DNA of 63,354 nucleotides, filler included, from Reclinomonas americana ATCC 50394 (lineage: Eukaryota), in the NCBI GenBank assembly GCA_048213135.1. It is 13 parts of 13 records of this genome, joined end to end, with 100 filler letters (N's around TTAATTAATTAA, not from the genome) between each part and the next. Parts side by side here need not be neighbours in the genome. Positions count along the whole stretch, not along the records: positions 44,610 to 48,907 come from AFZH01023954.1; positions 49,008 to 53,647 come from AFZH01023955.1; positions 53,748 to 55,462 come from AFZH01023956.1; positions 55,563 to 58,892 come from AFZH01023957.1; 9 more parts are not named here. One strand, given 5' to 3'. Below, piece by piece: positions 44,610 through 58,218 of the stretch. The notes below the pieces were generated by a model that saw only the letters and a program-made list of their open reading frames with translations, made no database searches and was not told the origin of the DNA. A program made the translations under genes and the position numbers. The stretch's first letter is position 1, and every line of letters starts with the position of its first letter.

Positions 44610-46328
44610 TGGCGTGGACGACGATGATGACGACGATGATGAAGAGGAGGAAGAGGAGGCGGCGAAGAAGAAGAAGCCTGCTGTGGGGGTGGCAAGCGGA
44701 AGTGCGTCGCGACTCCGTGCTGGCCATGATGGTGAGGACGATGATGATGATGATGACGACGATGATGATGGGTTTGGGGAGGACGATGACGAAGACGATG
44801 GGGAGGAGGAGGAGGCATCGGCCTCGGTCGCAGCAGCACCGAGTGCTGGTGGCAAGGCCGCGGCGGTGTTTGTCGACCGAGGTGACGACGATCCGCGAGC
44901 TGACCAGGCGGCGGCTCGTATTTTGGCGGCCAGTCGCGCGGCACCGACGCCGGGTGTGGTTGGCGATCGTGATGCTCCCGACGACCCGTGCCATGTGTAC
45001 GATCCGATCCAGCTGTTGACCAAGCTGAAGCGACTGACGCCGCAATTGAGTTGAGTGCGATGAGGAGAGAGGAGGGGAGGGGAAGGGGGGGCGAAGTGAG
45101 AAGAGAGGACGAGGGAAGAAGGCTTGATACTGTTCTGCGTATCGTTCCCATTCCGTCTTCCCTTTCCTTCTTACCCTACCGTCTTCGCCTTCTGTCTTCC
45201 TCCCTCTTCGTCTCCCCTTCGCCTTTCTCCACTTCCCCATTCCTCCCTGCCTTCCCTCTTCGCCTTTACCTTCTGTCTTCTCCTCTCTGTCTTCTCCTCT
45301 CTGTCTTCCCCCTTCGTCTTCCCCCTTCGTCTCCCCCCTCCGCCTTCCCCCTCCGTCTTCCCCCTTCCGTCTTCCCCCTTCTGTCTCCCTTCTCCCTTCC
45401 CTCCGTCTCCCCCTCCGTCTCCCCCTCCGTCTCCCCCTCCGTCTCCCCCTTCCGTCTTCCCCTTCCGTCTTCCGCCTTCCCCCTCCGTCCTCCCCTCCCG
45501 TCTTCCCCTGTCTTCTCCTTCTCCCTCTTCCCCCTTCTCCCCCTTCCTCCTTCCCTCTGTTTCCCCCTTTCTGTCTCCTCTTCTGTCTTCCCCTCACCTC
45601 CCTCCCTTCCCTTCCCTCACCATGCAGACCCCGACGGCCCCGACCTCATCGGCCTGGTCGGCTACCCCAATGTCGGCAAGAGCTCCACCATCAACGCCAT
45701 TATCGGCGCCAAGAAGGTGGCCGTGTCGTCGACCCCCGGCAAGACGAAACACTTCCAGACCGTGGTGGTCGACTCCACCACGGTGCTGTGCGATTGCCCC
45801 GGTCTCGTGTTCCCCACCATTATGAACACGCGTGCCGATCTCGTGTGCAACGGCATTCTGCCGATCGACAAGATCCGTGAGCCAGTGCAGCCGGTGGCGT
45901 TGGTGTGTCGGCTGATCCCGCGAGTGGTGCTGGATGAGGTGCGTTCGTATTGGATGTCGTCCTCCCCCTGCATTGTTTTCCTGACGTGGTGCTGTGTAGG
46001 TGTACGGCATTGGTGGCATGCCCGACCCTGTCGAATACAGCAACCCTGACGCGGAGCACTACGGTGCACGAGTGCTGCTCAACAAGCATGCGCGTGCTCG
46101 TGGTTACATGAAGGGTCACGGCATGCCCGATGAATCGCGCTCCGCTCGCATCATTCTCAAGGATTTCATGAATGTTGCGTTGGCTTGCTCCGAGAAGGAA
46201 AAAACTTGCTATGTGCTGCTTTCCACTCACTTTTGTGCGCGCAGGGCAAGCTGCTGTTTGTAAACAGACCGCCGCCACCCGCAAGAGCCCATGTTGCGAG
46301 CAGTGTTGCCGCACCACCAAGACAATAA
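44610..46328 (+). CDS. LSG1: Large-subunit GTPase Lsg1-like (circularly permuted GTPase), 3' part, multi-exon
   Basis: IGLVGYPNVGKSSTINA, VSSTPGKTKHFQT, LCDCPGLVFP, NGILPID, ARGYM..G.PDESRSARIILKDFMNGKLL. Confidence 0.9.
45150..45615. repeat. Intronic pyrimidine-rich low-complexity repeat (CCGTCTCCCCCT-like)
   Basis: Lies inside intron 45050-45627. Confidence 0.8.
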
Positions 46329-46706
46329 ACAACTCCACTGTTGTATGAGCTTGACATGGCCTGTTTTACTTTTGCAATGTGTGCCTTCGTTCATTTGCCA
46401 AACGAAAACGGCTTGCGCGGGATGCGCTCGAGCGGCAAGGGATGTGCGGAAAATCGTGACTTGCCTGCACATACATGCTTGGTCAGCGTGAATGAATGAC
46501 GAACGCGAAACGACAAAACGATCCTCACCACTTCAGCAACTGAGAGATCATCAACACCAAGACACTGGCTGCGCGTCAATGATGAAGTTTCTCTCTCCCT
46601 CCTTCTCCCGCTTGCTTCACCTCCGAAAAAACGTAATGTAAACAAGGTCTACAGTACACACTCACCTCAATCACCCGCACGCGCGCGACAACGCGCACTC
46701 ACAGCC

Positions 46707-48752
46707 ATGGACGACGACGAGGCTCTGCGCGAGCTCATGGAAGGTACACACCACCTCACACACTCCACACACACAACACACAAAGTCCGACAGAGAGATG
46801 GCCATGTTCCCTCTCAAAACTCACACGCACTCTCTTCTCTCTCTCTCCTCACAGTCACCCGCGACGATGACGACAGTCAACGAGCAGGAGGAGGTGGCGG
46901 GGGCGGTTTTGACGACGACGAGCTCGCGGAACTTGAACACATGCTGGCCGCGCGTGGACGCGACGAGGACAATGCAATGCCCGCGCGCGCTGAGCCAGTC
47001 TCCTACGCCGCCGCCTCGCCCGCACGCCCGCTCTCCCAAATCGAGAGTGATGCAGCACGACTGATGCAGCAGCAACAGCAGCAGCAGCAGGTGAATCCAT
47101 TGTCTGCGGTCGCCGCGAGAATGACAGTGAGACCTCCGCTTCCGGCCTATGATGCAGCAGTTGCTGCTCCTGTTGCTGCTGCTGGGAGACCTCCGCTTCC
47201 GGCGTATGATGCAGCTGTCTCGTCCCCGCCTGCTGGGAGACCCCCGTTGCCAGCCTATGAAGCAGTTGTCGCCTCTGTGAGACCGCCGCTGCCGGCATAT
47301 GATGCAGCTGTTGTCGCGTCTCCACCATCGCAAGCTGCTGCTGGGAGACCGCCATTGCCGGCGTATGATGCAGCAGTCTCGTCTTCATCGCCGTCTGCTG
47401 CTGGGAGACCGCCATTGCCGGCGTATGATGCCGCAGTTGTCTCGTCGCCTTCGAAGCGACCGCCGCCGCCTGGGTACGGCGATGCGTTGCGTGCGCCGAC
47501 AGTGGCGGTGCCGCCACCGAGGCCTGCTGCGTCGAAGAGCGATGAGGCGCTGCTGGAGGAGATGCTGGCGGGCGATGATGATGAGTATGGGTTGAGTGGG
47601 TTGGCTGATGAGCCGCCGGTGCGGCCGTCGATTCCCGTGTCGGTGCGTGAGCAGACTTGTCTCTCTTTCACTCTGCCGACTTGCCGTTTGAATTCCGCGC
47701 GTGTGTGTGCAGGAGGAGGAGAAGCGGCGAGTGTTGGAGGCTGAGCGGTTACAGCGGCAGCGAGAGGAGCAGGAGTTGGAGCGCGTGCTGGCGGCGCTGC
47801 AGGCCGAGGTCGGTGGTCCGGGTGTCTCGCGTCGCAGCTCGGCGGCTGCCGGTGACGACGATGGCGATGAGCTGGCGGTGGACGAGTTGGAGCAGTTCTT
47901 GAATGAGGTGGAGAGTGAGCGATCGGGTCGTGGCGGCGGCGGGGGCAGCGGAGGCAGCAGGTCATCGGCTGCACCGTCTCGATCCCGTCAACATCAGCAG
48001 CAGCAGCAGCAGTCGCCTCCGCCAGAGATTCAGTCGCTGACGGAGCTGATTGATGCCGACAGCAATAACCGGAGTCGAGCGAGGGAGGCGCGACGTGTAA
48101 TGGCCACGGTCCCGGTGGCGCTCATGGATACGGAGCACATGGCAGTCGTGCTGGAACAGGTGATGCAAGATGGCGGCGATGAGGATCTGCAATCGCCAAT
48201 GCGTGTGGTGCGTATTCCCTTCTCTCTCTCCATTGCTCGTTTTCGTGGTAGCTTAAAACCGCGGTGGAGCAGGACGAGGAGGCTCTGCTGGAGCAGTTGC
48301 TGCGCCAGTCGGATTCGCCACAGCTGCCTGGCATGGAACCGGTGTTCACGACGCTTCCTCGTGGCGACGACGATGGGTCGTCGTCTGCCGCGGCCTCCGC
48401 CGACTCGGAGTGGGATCCGAAGCAGCCTCCGCTGGCGGTGGTGCGCCAGCTCGATCGCATGTCGTCGGAGCTGCGCCAGCCGGCCAACATCAAGAAGCGA
48501 GGCATGCCCACGTGTCTGTCGGTTCGCGTAACATGACGTGCCTTGTGTTCGCGCTACTAGGCACCTTCTCACCATTTTCCCCGTTGCGATATGCAGGTCG
48601 GCTCGGAGTTGCTGGTGGTGGGCACGACGTACGGCTTGGTGTTGGTGTTCAGCGTGAAGCAGCGACTCGAGGCCATTCTCAACGCCAGCAATGCTGGCGA
48701 CAATCGCGTGCACAGTGCTGTCACCGCCGTTGACATTAATGAGACTGATGAG
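46707..48752 (+). CDS. VPS8: Vps8-like CORVET subunit, N-terminal low-complexity region and start of WD40 propeller
   Basis: GMPTCLS|VGSELLVVGTTYGLVLVF..KQRLEAIL...VTAVDIN; collinear with Vps8 motifs in the next contig. Confidence 0.65.
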
Positions 48753-48765
48753 GTGCGTTTACGGG

Positions 48766-48902
<137 letters not shown>

Positions 48903-49012
48903 GTGTGNNNNNNNNNNNNNNNNNNNNNNNNNNNNNNNNNNNNNNNNNNNNTTAATTAATTAANNNNNNNNNNNNNNNNNNNNNNNNNNNNNNNNNNNNN
49001 NNNNNNNAGTAG

Positions 49013-49090
<78 letters not shown>

Positions 49091-49203
49091 GCGGAGATTC
49101 CGCACCTTCGCGATTCACATCTGGGCGAGTATTCGATCCCTGAGACGGAGAATACGCATGAGAGTGTCTTGGCTCACTTTCGTCGCACTTTCCCTTCCTG
49201 CAG

Positions 49204-52200
49204 GACTACATGACTCCACTTCGCCACCTCATGCACCACCTGGCTGCTCGCGTGCCGCCGATGACCTGTGTGTCGACCCAAATGCGCAACGTACGTGGCT
49301 CGCCCGTCGGAGTACGAGGTGTCGTCACTGACTTTAAATGCCACTGCACAGGAACTGGCGCGAGCGGGTGGATGGAGCATCTGCGAGGTGTTGCTGCGCT
49401 ACGTTGAGTGCCTGTACGAGGGCGAGTGGTTCTCCCTGCGGGCCTCGTCGTTGCCCTCGAGTGGATCGATGGCCGGCACCCGTCGCCGTGTGATGCCCGA
49501 CGCTGTGGCGCGCGAGGCATTCCAGCAGTGCACCTGGTACCTCTTTGCGCAGTCGTCGCGCGGTACTGATCAAGTACTCCCTGGTTGCGTTGTGCTGGTA
49601 AAATGAGCGACGAATTGCGCGCGTAGACTGACAAACTGTGTGTGTGGGTGTATGTGCAGGCTACGAGGATGTGCCCTACCCGCGTGTGCACTTGCTGGCG
49701 TTTTGCGATGTCGGCCGCTTGCTGGCCACCGTGCGCTGTGCCGCGAGAGCCGGTGTGTGGACGGCGTTGCAGACGGAGCATCCGCTGACCACGGCAGCGC
49801 CGTCGGAGGCCAAGTCGATGCCGCGTGTGGCTCAGCTGCTGGCCTGTCTGCTCACGTCGGTGCGTTGTGTTCGTGAGATCGCTGTGTTTGACACAGTGCA
49901 CTGACGTAGGGAAACACCCAATGGATGCGCAGATGCCACGGTCGGATTTGGAAGGCCTGCTGCCAGGCTCGGCGGTGCCGGAGCAAGGCACTCCGTCGGC
50001 CGTGTTTGCCAGTTGCGTGGAGCCTACGGCTCGTCGTGCCGCCTCCACTCGCTCACTCTCGTCCTCGCAGAGCGCCTCCAACGAACGCCGAGCATCCTCA
50101 AGATTCGCGATCCCACCAGCCCCGAGAGCGCCCTGCCGCGTCGCGCGTCGCTCAATCGGGTGCGCTTCAGTGCCGAGTCGGACATTGGCGTCTTCAGCAA
50201 GTACGACGAGCCGACGAAAATCAGCTCCCCTCGCTCACCTTCGTCGAGTTCTCCGGCGTCGGTGCGGTCGCCACTGCCCACGGCACTCGCCGATCTTCCG
50301 TCTCTTACGGATTTGCTGGCGCATGTGGCCGAGGTATATATTTGGGGAACGAAAGATGGAAGAGGAAGGAGGGTGAGTTGCTGACATTGCGTCAAACCCA
50401 CCCAGCTTGTGCTCCCGTCCGACATTGGGGAAGCGGAGCCCATGTCGCCCAACCTGGCGGCGACGATGCGTGCCCTGTCGCGCGAGAAGCGAGCCGATGT
50501 TGTTGGTTTCTACGAGCAGCTGTTGGTGTTTGTGTCGGATGGGTTGCATCTGCCGGCGCGCTCGCAAGTGATGTTTGGATTTGTCATTGTGGTGAGTGTG
50601 GGGTGGGGGTGGGAATAGGAGATAGGACAGTGAAGCAAAGTCAGCAGATGAAGCGGGTAGGGAGAGAGAGAGGAATGAGTGACCTGTGGAGCGACAACGA
50701 AGAACAATCGTGAGACGGGAAGCGGAAGCAGGGGTGGGAAGGGAGAACGAAGTTTGGTAGAATATTAAGGGCTGATAGAGTGCGATGACGTAGGCAGTAA
50801 GGTGAAATGAGTGAAGTGAAGCGAGGACAATGAGAGTAGTGAGGAGAGCGGACAAGTATTTGAGTTTCAACGAGTGAAGATTGTGTGGCGAAGGGGGCGA
50901 TAACAAGGACAATCAAGTGCGAGAGAGGCGAAATAGCGACGGAGAACATTTTGAACACAAGGGAAAAGTAAGATAGATAATGAGTGAATCGGCTCAAGTA
51001 GTGCGTGAACATAAGAGTGAGGGGAGGACAGAGAGATGTGGTACTGAAACGGGGGACAATGGAAAAAGGGAAGCAGGAAGACAACATGGTGAACTAAAGG
51101 GACTAGGCACAAGACATGGGCAAAAGTCAGCGAGTGACACGATAGTGGATACCAATCGACTGTGTGCCGCGAGTTGTTGCTGGTTGTTTCCTTTACTCAC
51201 CATTTATATTTCTTCCCCTCTCCCCGTGCAGGCCACTGAGAGCGGCGTGGATGCCGCGACGGCGGAGGACGCAGTTGTGGGCGTGTTGGAGAGATGTTTC
51301 CGCGAACGCTGGCCTCATGAGCGCCTGCTGAATATGTTTGAATCCTGCGGGTAGTTGCGTTGCTGTGACATTTTGCATCCACATCTCATGTCATCATCTC
51401 ACCCTCATCTTCTCAAAAAAATATCTCGCAGCCACGCAGCCTGCGTCCGCCTGCACGTGATTCTCGGCAACTACACTCGCATGATTCAGTCGTATGTTCG
51501 CGACGAGAGACATCCGAACGAGGTGTTTGAGGTGCTGCGCTCGGTGCCAGATTTGACCAACTTGCCGCAGTCCGTCCGCGAGCGTATTCGCGATGCGGTG
51601 ACGCAATGCTTGCCGGCTCTGGTGTGTTGTCGGGCAGAGAACTCATGTAGCCACACAGCTACCACCCTCACCCCTACTTTTTGCTGCGGCGCAGGTCCAA
51701 CTGAATGCCGAAAAGTCGGCCAGTCTCGCCATTTCGGTGATTGGATCGGACTACACTCGCGTGATCCGAGCCCTCGGCGACGACGCCGAACTGCAGTTCA
51801 AGTACTTGCGCGGATTGTTGGTGAGCGCGGAGAGCGCCAAGAAGCAAGCCAAAGTTGCGTTGTCGGACAACCGTATTGCTGCGTGCGTGTGCAAAATCTC
51901 ACCCTCCGGAGAGCAGCTCACCGGCCAAACGCACAACCTCACCATTCCGTCGGAGGTGCACGAGCAGTACGTCGAGTTGCTGTGCCGCTTCGAGCCCGAC
52001 AAGGTGTATGCGTTTTTGGTCAGCCACGAGGAGCATCTGCGGCTGGAGCGCTGCCTCGATCTGTTTGCTCGGTACGAGCTGGATCGTGCGCGGGCGTACG
52101 TGTTGGAGAGGACAGGCGACGTGCAAGCGGCTCTGTCTCTCTTGCTGCAGGTGAGTGCTGTGTTTACGACGCATTCTACGTGGGGCAGATGACCGGATTG

Positions 52201-53070
52201 ATGATGACCCCTGCGCAGAGTGTGCGACGGGTGTACATCTCGTTTGTGGAAGAGTGCTCGCATGTGCCGCCGACAGAGGTGGTGGAGGCGCCAAGCAGGC
52301 GTCTGAGTGTGGCACGCACGCCACCTGCGTCGCCAGCACCCTCGGCATTCACCGCGCCGCAACCATCTTCGTCGTCACCCCCGTCGCCGTCAACAGCCAC
52401 TGCCGAAGACGAGAAGCATCCGGGACGGCGACGTGCGCGATCCGTCACCTCTCGCCTCTCTTCGTTGGATGCGCCGCGAGACGAGTTTGTGCGTGCCGTG
52501 GATTTGTGTGTGGGCTTGTGTCAGGTGTGGCGATGGGTGAAGCTTGAGTAAGAAGACCATCGGTTTTTTTGCTCACCCTGGTCGCAGCGCGCACCCGAGG
52601 CGCTGTCAACGGAGGAGGTTCAAGCATTGTGGTGGATGGTGCTTGACGAGTTTGTGGAACCGCTGCGCAAGTTCCGCGAGGACCAAATGTATTGGCAGGC
52701 GGGAGTTGCGGGCATGAAGGCGGAGGTGGAGGAGAAGGTGTGACATGGAAGAGTGCTCTTTCCCTACAGTGATTGTCTCTCATGTCGTGCTACCTTTTTC
52801 GCCACCACATAGCTGGCCAAGTTGCATGCGCTGAGCGAGGAGACAAAGCAGCGCAAGGCACGTTTCGAGTCGGAGCTGAAACGCGATCCGCAAAACACGC
52901 AGGCGCGTGAAAAGTGGATTGGAGTTGCGTGGAGATTGTTGTTTTCGTATGCGTCAGACGCGCGCTCTCTCTCACACACACACGTGATGCAGATTGCCAA
53001 GATCCTGAAGGTGATTCAGGATAACGTGCAGTCGGCGAATGCGGAGTTGGAGGAGTTGCAGCAGAGAAGA
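49204..53070 (+). CDS. VPS8: Vps8-like protein, central/alpha-solenoid region (multi-exon, partial)
   Basis: DYMTPL, LLRYVECL, YPRVHLL, EQYVELLCRFEPDKVYAFL...RLERCL...AYVLERTGDVQAAL, LCVGLCQR....EEVQALWWMVLD. Confidence 0.8.
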
Positions 53071-53273
53071 CCACCGGAGTATCCGTTGCATGGTGAGCAA
53101 GCTGGAATAAGGGGTGGACAGGAAGAGGGAATTGAGGGGAAGGGAGAGGGAGGAGAGAGAGAGAGAGAGTCAAGGGAGTGAAGAGAAATAAGCAGCGAGC
53201 AAGGGAGAGAGGGCAGGGGTGAGCGAGAGAAAAGTGAGGAAACATAGCTAGTGAACGCTTGGCGGAGTGAAAT

Positions 53274-53322
<49 letters not shown>

Positions 53323-53954
53323 GAATGAGCGGTATAGAGAGTGAAGGAGTGAACAAGGGAGAAAAGAAATTGACATATGGAGAGGTTGCAGTTGGAAGAA
53401 ATGCAGAGTATGATGAATGAGTGACGAGAGAGTGGCTATCAGTGTAAGCTGCGAACGTGGCAGGTAGAATGTGACTTGGATGCAGAGAATGAAGAACGGG
53501 TAAGGGAGGAAGGTGACAGATAGAGATTGCAGCTGAAGACAACGCAGTGTAGTTTGACTGAGTGACGAAGGGTGGCTATTTGTGTGAGCTGAGAACGTGG
53601 CAGGTTACTGTCGCGAAAAGGAAAAGAAAGAACGAGCAAAAAGTAGTNNNNNNNNNNNNNNNNNNNNNNNNNNNNNNNNNNNNNNNNNNNNTTAATTAAT
53701 TAANNNNNNNNNNNNNNNNNNNNNNNNNNNNNNNNNNNNNNNNNNNNGGCTGTGTGTGGTTTACCGCACAACAGTGTATGTATGGTTGACAGGCAACAAG
53801 GTATAAGACAGGATGTTATGAAGTGAGATTGGGTTGCACACCTCGCACAATCACACTAGAGAGGTGTCACGGAATGAGTTTAGTCTCTCGTATTCCTGAG
53901 AGTGAGAGGCTTTGTTTTCGTCTTGTCTTCTGTCTGACACGCACATGTCCACGC

Positions 53955-54199
53955 AGTACGCCGCGATTCGCGACACGCTGCAGGAGCAGAACGAGACGCT
54001 GATGGACACGCATGTGACGGGATTGCGTACGGCGGCGGCCTCCGACTCGGCCGCTCGTCTGCAGCTGGCGCCTGCCAAGTTGCCGCCACGCGCGCCCTCC
54101 GAGAAGGGCGGCTCCTCATCTTCTGCCACTTCCGCGTCGAGTCGACCGCGACGGGGCGGGATTGCTGGCAACCATTTGCGTGACTTGCTAGAGTATTAA
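53955..54199 (+). CDS. Probable last exon of the Vps8-like gene
   Basis: Open exon after acgcag containing RLQLAP and ending RDLLEY-stop; follows the Vps8 contig. Confidence 0.4.
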
Positions 54200-55045
54200 G
54201 TGTGCGATGGGAGTGAACGTGTGCGATGATGTGTATGCCGCAGTCTGAAGAAGCGAGAAGGTGGCAAGAGTGGAAACAGTGGATTTTCTGACGGTGGTTT
54301 CAGTTGAGGAAGACGATGATTGTCAATGACGAAGCTGTGTTGATGTTGGAAGTGGCGACATGTGACAGGAAACGATGGAACCTCTTCTCAAATCACGCCA
54401 AGGCGTCTCGCTGCTACTGCGATGACCGCCATGCGCTGATGTGTTCAACAGACGTGGCCAACCGAGCATGTCTTCTTGCTCTGCAACAAGAGACGCGGGT
54501 CATGCAGCTCAGTTGGTGCTCGAGCTGGAGTTGCTTCCGTTTCCAAGCCACTCTCTTCCGACGGGAAACGATGGGTGCAATGCCAGATGGTGATTCCCAG
54601 TGGTGTCCAGTCGGACTCATCACGAATGTGAGTCGACGCACCGTGCGAGAGGATAGGAGGAGGCTCACACACTGCGCGGAGACATATGAATCGCCCGACC
54701 AGCCAGTCAAGTGTCTCGCTGCTTCTGCAACAAGGCGACGACCAGCATGCAGCCGCCGAACATGTGCCACTAATGAGATTCGATGGGCGGCAACGGGTGC
54801 CATCAGATGCCTCACTGCTTCCAAGAGCATACAAACGCGATGACAGTCATGACGTCGCGTGCTTCTGCAACTTCACACGGAGAGCTCGAAGCAATCGCGT
54901 TGTCAACAGTGAGCTTCCCCACTCGTATGAGTTGTGTCACCACTACAGTGGCCAGCAGTGGGCTTTCTTGTACGAGTTGTCTCATGCCAAAGACTTCGAC
55001 TTGTCCTTCTCTCTTCCAGTCTCTTCGTTCTTCCTCCTCTCCTCA

Positions 55046-55334
55046 ATGGGCATTCATCGCACTGGTGAATTCCGCGCACTGTGTCGCGGTCTCGGCGCTG
55101 TTGTCGACGCACCTTCCTCCTCTTCCTCTTCTTCTTCATTAACAGCATCGCCTGATGCTGAGTGGCTGAGTGGAGGCGCAGCAACAGGAGGAGGAGGCGA
55201 GGGAGCAGAGACAGTGCCCAAGTCAAGCGCGTTCTTTGCAAAGGCCACGAGGAAGATGGTGAGAGAGAGAGAGAGACAAAGAGAGACAAGAGAGGGAAGA
55301 GTTGAGATATCACGGTGACACGTGTGTGTGAGTG

Positions 55335-55433
<99 letters not shown>

Positions 55434-57784
55434 TGTGTGGTAGGTAGGTAGGTAGGTAGGTANNNNNNNNNNNNNNNNNNNNNNNNNNNNNNNNNNNNNN
55501 NNNNNNTTAATTAATTAANNNNNNNNNNNNNNNNNNNNNNNNNNNNNNNNNNNNNNNNNNNNAAGAAAGAGAAAGAAAGGGAGCCTAAAGGACAAGAGAG
55601 AAGAAAAGAGACGGAGACCAAGGAGGGAGAGAGAGTAAGCATGGAACCATAACGTGAGAAAGAATGAGAGAAGTGAGGAGACTGAACGACAAGTGAGATC
55701 TCTCTCTTTCCCTCTCTCTCTCTCTCTCCACCATTTCTCACCCTTTGTTCCTCGTGACACAGAGGAAGAGAGCGCAGACTTGGGTGCCGCAGAGCGGGAA
55801 CACCGACAAACGGTGCTATTCCTGCTGCTGGATCAGTTGCACGTGCTGGCCATGCGACACGAGGAGATGCGCGAGTGGAGGGCGCGAGTGTTGAAGCAGC
55901 GCCACTGGAATGCGTTTGAGCAGCAGCAGAAGCGGAGATCGGTCGCGGCGGCGGTCGCGGGCAAGAAGGGACCGACTTCGACGACTGCTGCTGCTTCGGG
56001 GGCGACCGCGGCGGCGCCGAGGGGACCGATTCTGATCAAGTCGGTGCAGCATGAGGTGACGAGCAGGGAGGTGGAGGAGATGGCGCCGGCGCGTGGTGGG
56101 TCGCGCTCGCAGATGATGATGTTGGAGGACGAGAACCAGCAGCTGCACCATGAGCTCGACTGCTTGCAGGATCAAGTCAGGTGTGTGTGCCCTCCCTCGT
56201 ACTTCTCTCACTCTATGCGGCAGCTCACACGCTTGCGCAGGGAAGCGAATCGGAAGATGCAAGAGTTGCACTCGATGTCCACCTTCCTCAGCGCCAAGGT
56301 CGCCGAGCAGGCCGACCTGATTGATGAGATTCATGCCAACGCCATGCACAGCACGGCGAATGTGGATCAGGTGAGGGGCGAGGGAGAGAGGGGGAAGGGA
56401 GGGAGGGATGGGAGAAAGGGAAAGAGGAAGTGGGCGGCTGCAGTGGGGAGGGAGCGAGTGGTAGCGAGTGGGGGAGGGAGCGAGTGGTAGCGAGTGGGGG
56501 AGGGAGCGAGTGGTAGCGAGTGGGGGAGGGAGCGAGTGACAGCGAGGGGAAAGAACGAGTGACAGCGAGGGGAAAGAACGAGTGACAGCGAGTGGGGGGA
56601 ACGAGTGACAGCGAGTGGGGAACGAGTGACAGCGAGTGGGGAACGAGTGACAGCGAGTGGGGAACGAGTGACAGCGAGTGGGGGAACGAGTGACAGCGAG
56701 TGGGGGAACGAGTGACAGCGAGTGGGGGAACGAGTGACAGCGAGTGGGGGAACGAGTGACAGCGAGTGGGGGAACGAGTGACAGCGAGTGGGGGAACGAG
56801 TGACAGCGAGTGAGAGGGGAGCGAGTGGGAGCGAGTGGCAGCGAGTGACAGCGAGTGGGGGAGCGAGTGGCAGCGTGAGGGGGAGCGAGTGACAGCGAGT
56901 GTGGAACGAGTGGCAGCGAGTGGGGGAGCGAGTGGCAGCGAGTGGGGGAACGAGTGGCAGCGAGTGGGGGAGCGAGTGGCAGCGAGTGGGGGAACGAGTG
57001 GCAGCGAGTGGGGGGAGCGAGTGGCAGCGAGTGAGGGGGAGCGAGTGGCAGTAAGTGGGGAACGAGTGACAGCGAGTGGGGAATGAGTGCCAGCGAGTGT
57101 GGGGGAGCGAGTGACAGCGAGTGGGGTAGGAGCGAGTAACAGCGAGTAGGAGGAGCGAGTAACAGCGAGTAGGAGGAGCGAGTGGCAGCGAGTTGGGGGG
57201 TGAGTGGCAGCGAGTGAGGGGGGAGCGAGTGGCAGCGAGTGAGGGGGAGCGAGTGGTAGCGAGTGGGGGAGGGAGCGAGTGGTAGCGAGTGGGGGAGGGA
57301 GCGAGTGGTAGCGAGTGGGGGAGGGGCGAGTGACAGCGAGTGGGGGAACGAGTGACAGCGAGTGGGGGAACGAGTGACAGCGAGTGGGGGAACGAGTGAC
57401 AGCGAGTGTGGAACGAGTGGCAGCGAGTGGGGGAGCGAGTGGCAGCGAGTGGGGGAGCGAGTGGCAGCGAGTGGGGGAGCGAGTGGCAGCGTGTGGGGAA
57501 CGAGTGACAGCGTGTGGGGAACGAGTGACAGCGAGTGGGGAGGGAGCGATTGGGGGAGGGGCGAGTGACAGCGAGTGGGGGAGCGAGTGGCAGCGTGTGG
57601 GGAGGAGCGAGTGGCATCGCTTCGCCTGCCGTCCTTCAATGAATTCCTGCTCACACTCCATGCCGTACAGGTGAACAAGGAGCTGCAAAAAGTGATTGAG
57701 CGAAACGCCGACTTCCGCATCCTCGTGCTGGTGTTCCTTGCCGTTGCCAGCTTCGGGCTGCTGTTCCTGGACTGGTATGGATGA
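55046..57784 (+). CDS. STX18: Syntaxin-18/Ufe1/SYP81-like Qa-SNARE (multi-exon, spans a gap)
   Basis: N-terminal HRTGEFR, EHRQTVLFLL..QL, LEDENQQL, SNARE segment with KVAEQADLID.I, C-terminal TM FRILVLVFLAVASFGLLFLDWYG. Confidence 0.88.
56452..57616. repeat. G-rich minisatellite (~22-nt unit CGAGTGACAGCGAGTGGGGGAA) in the last syntaxin intron (56371-57670)
   Basis: About 50 degenerate tandem copies, each built from two CGAGTG half-units. Confidence 0.92.
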
Positions 57785-57973
57785 TTGTCGTGATGAGACA
57801 CATAAGTGTACGGATCGGCGAGAGCATGCACCATCATCTCTCCGGTAATTAGTCTCCGCATGAATGCAAGCGTGAATGATTCACCAACATTCAATGAACC
57901 AAGCTCGACGGCAAAAAACACACTACACAAAACACAAGAGAGATGAATGAATTCAAGCAAGGGTCGCCGTCCA

Positions 57974-58218
57974 TTAGCGATTCTCCAACTCGGCGGCCTC
58001 GCGTGCCCGTTTGCGATGCATGAACATCGCAATGATGGCCGGGAAGAAGAGCACAACGTAAATGGCGACAGCAATCTGTACGTGCGTGAGGCGAGTGAGA
58101 CAAAGGGCGGTGCGAGTGGGGTGAATACACTGCGAGTGACGCACAAACATGGACTTGACAGGCTTGTCAAAGTCAGTCACGTCGTGCTCCTTCAGCGAGT
58201 GGCGCAGAGTGGGGTTGC
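57974..58218 (-). CDS. 3' exons of an unidentified protein with C-terminal TM helix
   Basis: cacag|...DFDKPVKSMF|gtgcgt...tacag|IAVAIYVVLFFPAIIAMFMHRKR...stop. Confidence 0.35.

Noticed and set aside
44554..45825. Arg/Gly- or Pro/Ser-rich ORFs
   Set aside because: Translations of a low-complexity intron and antisense of Lsg1 exons.
54200..55045. Short overlapping ORFs between Vps8 and syntaxin
   Set aside because: No recognisable motif or convincing exon structure.
55816..58170. 784-, 466- and 416-aa minus-strand ORFs
   Set aside because: Produced by the stop-poor minisatellite inside the syntaxin intron.
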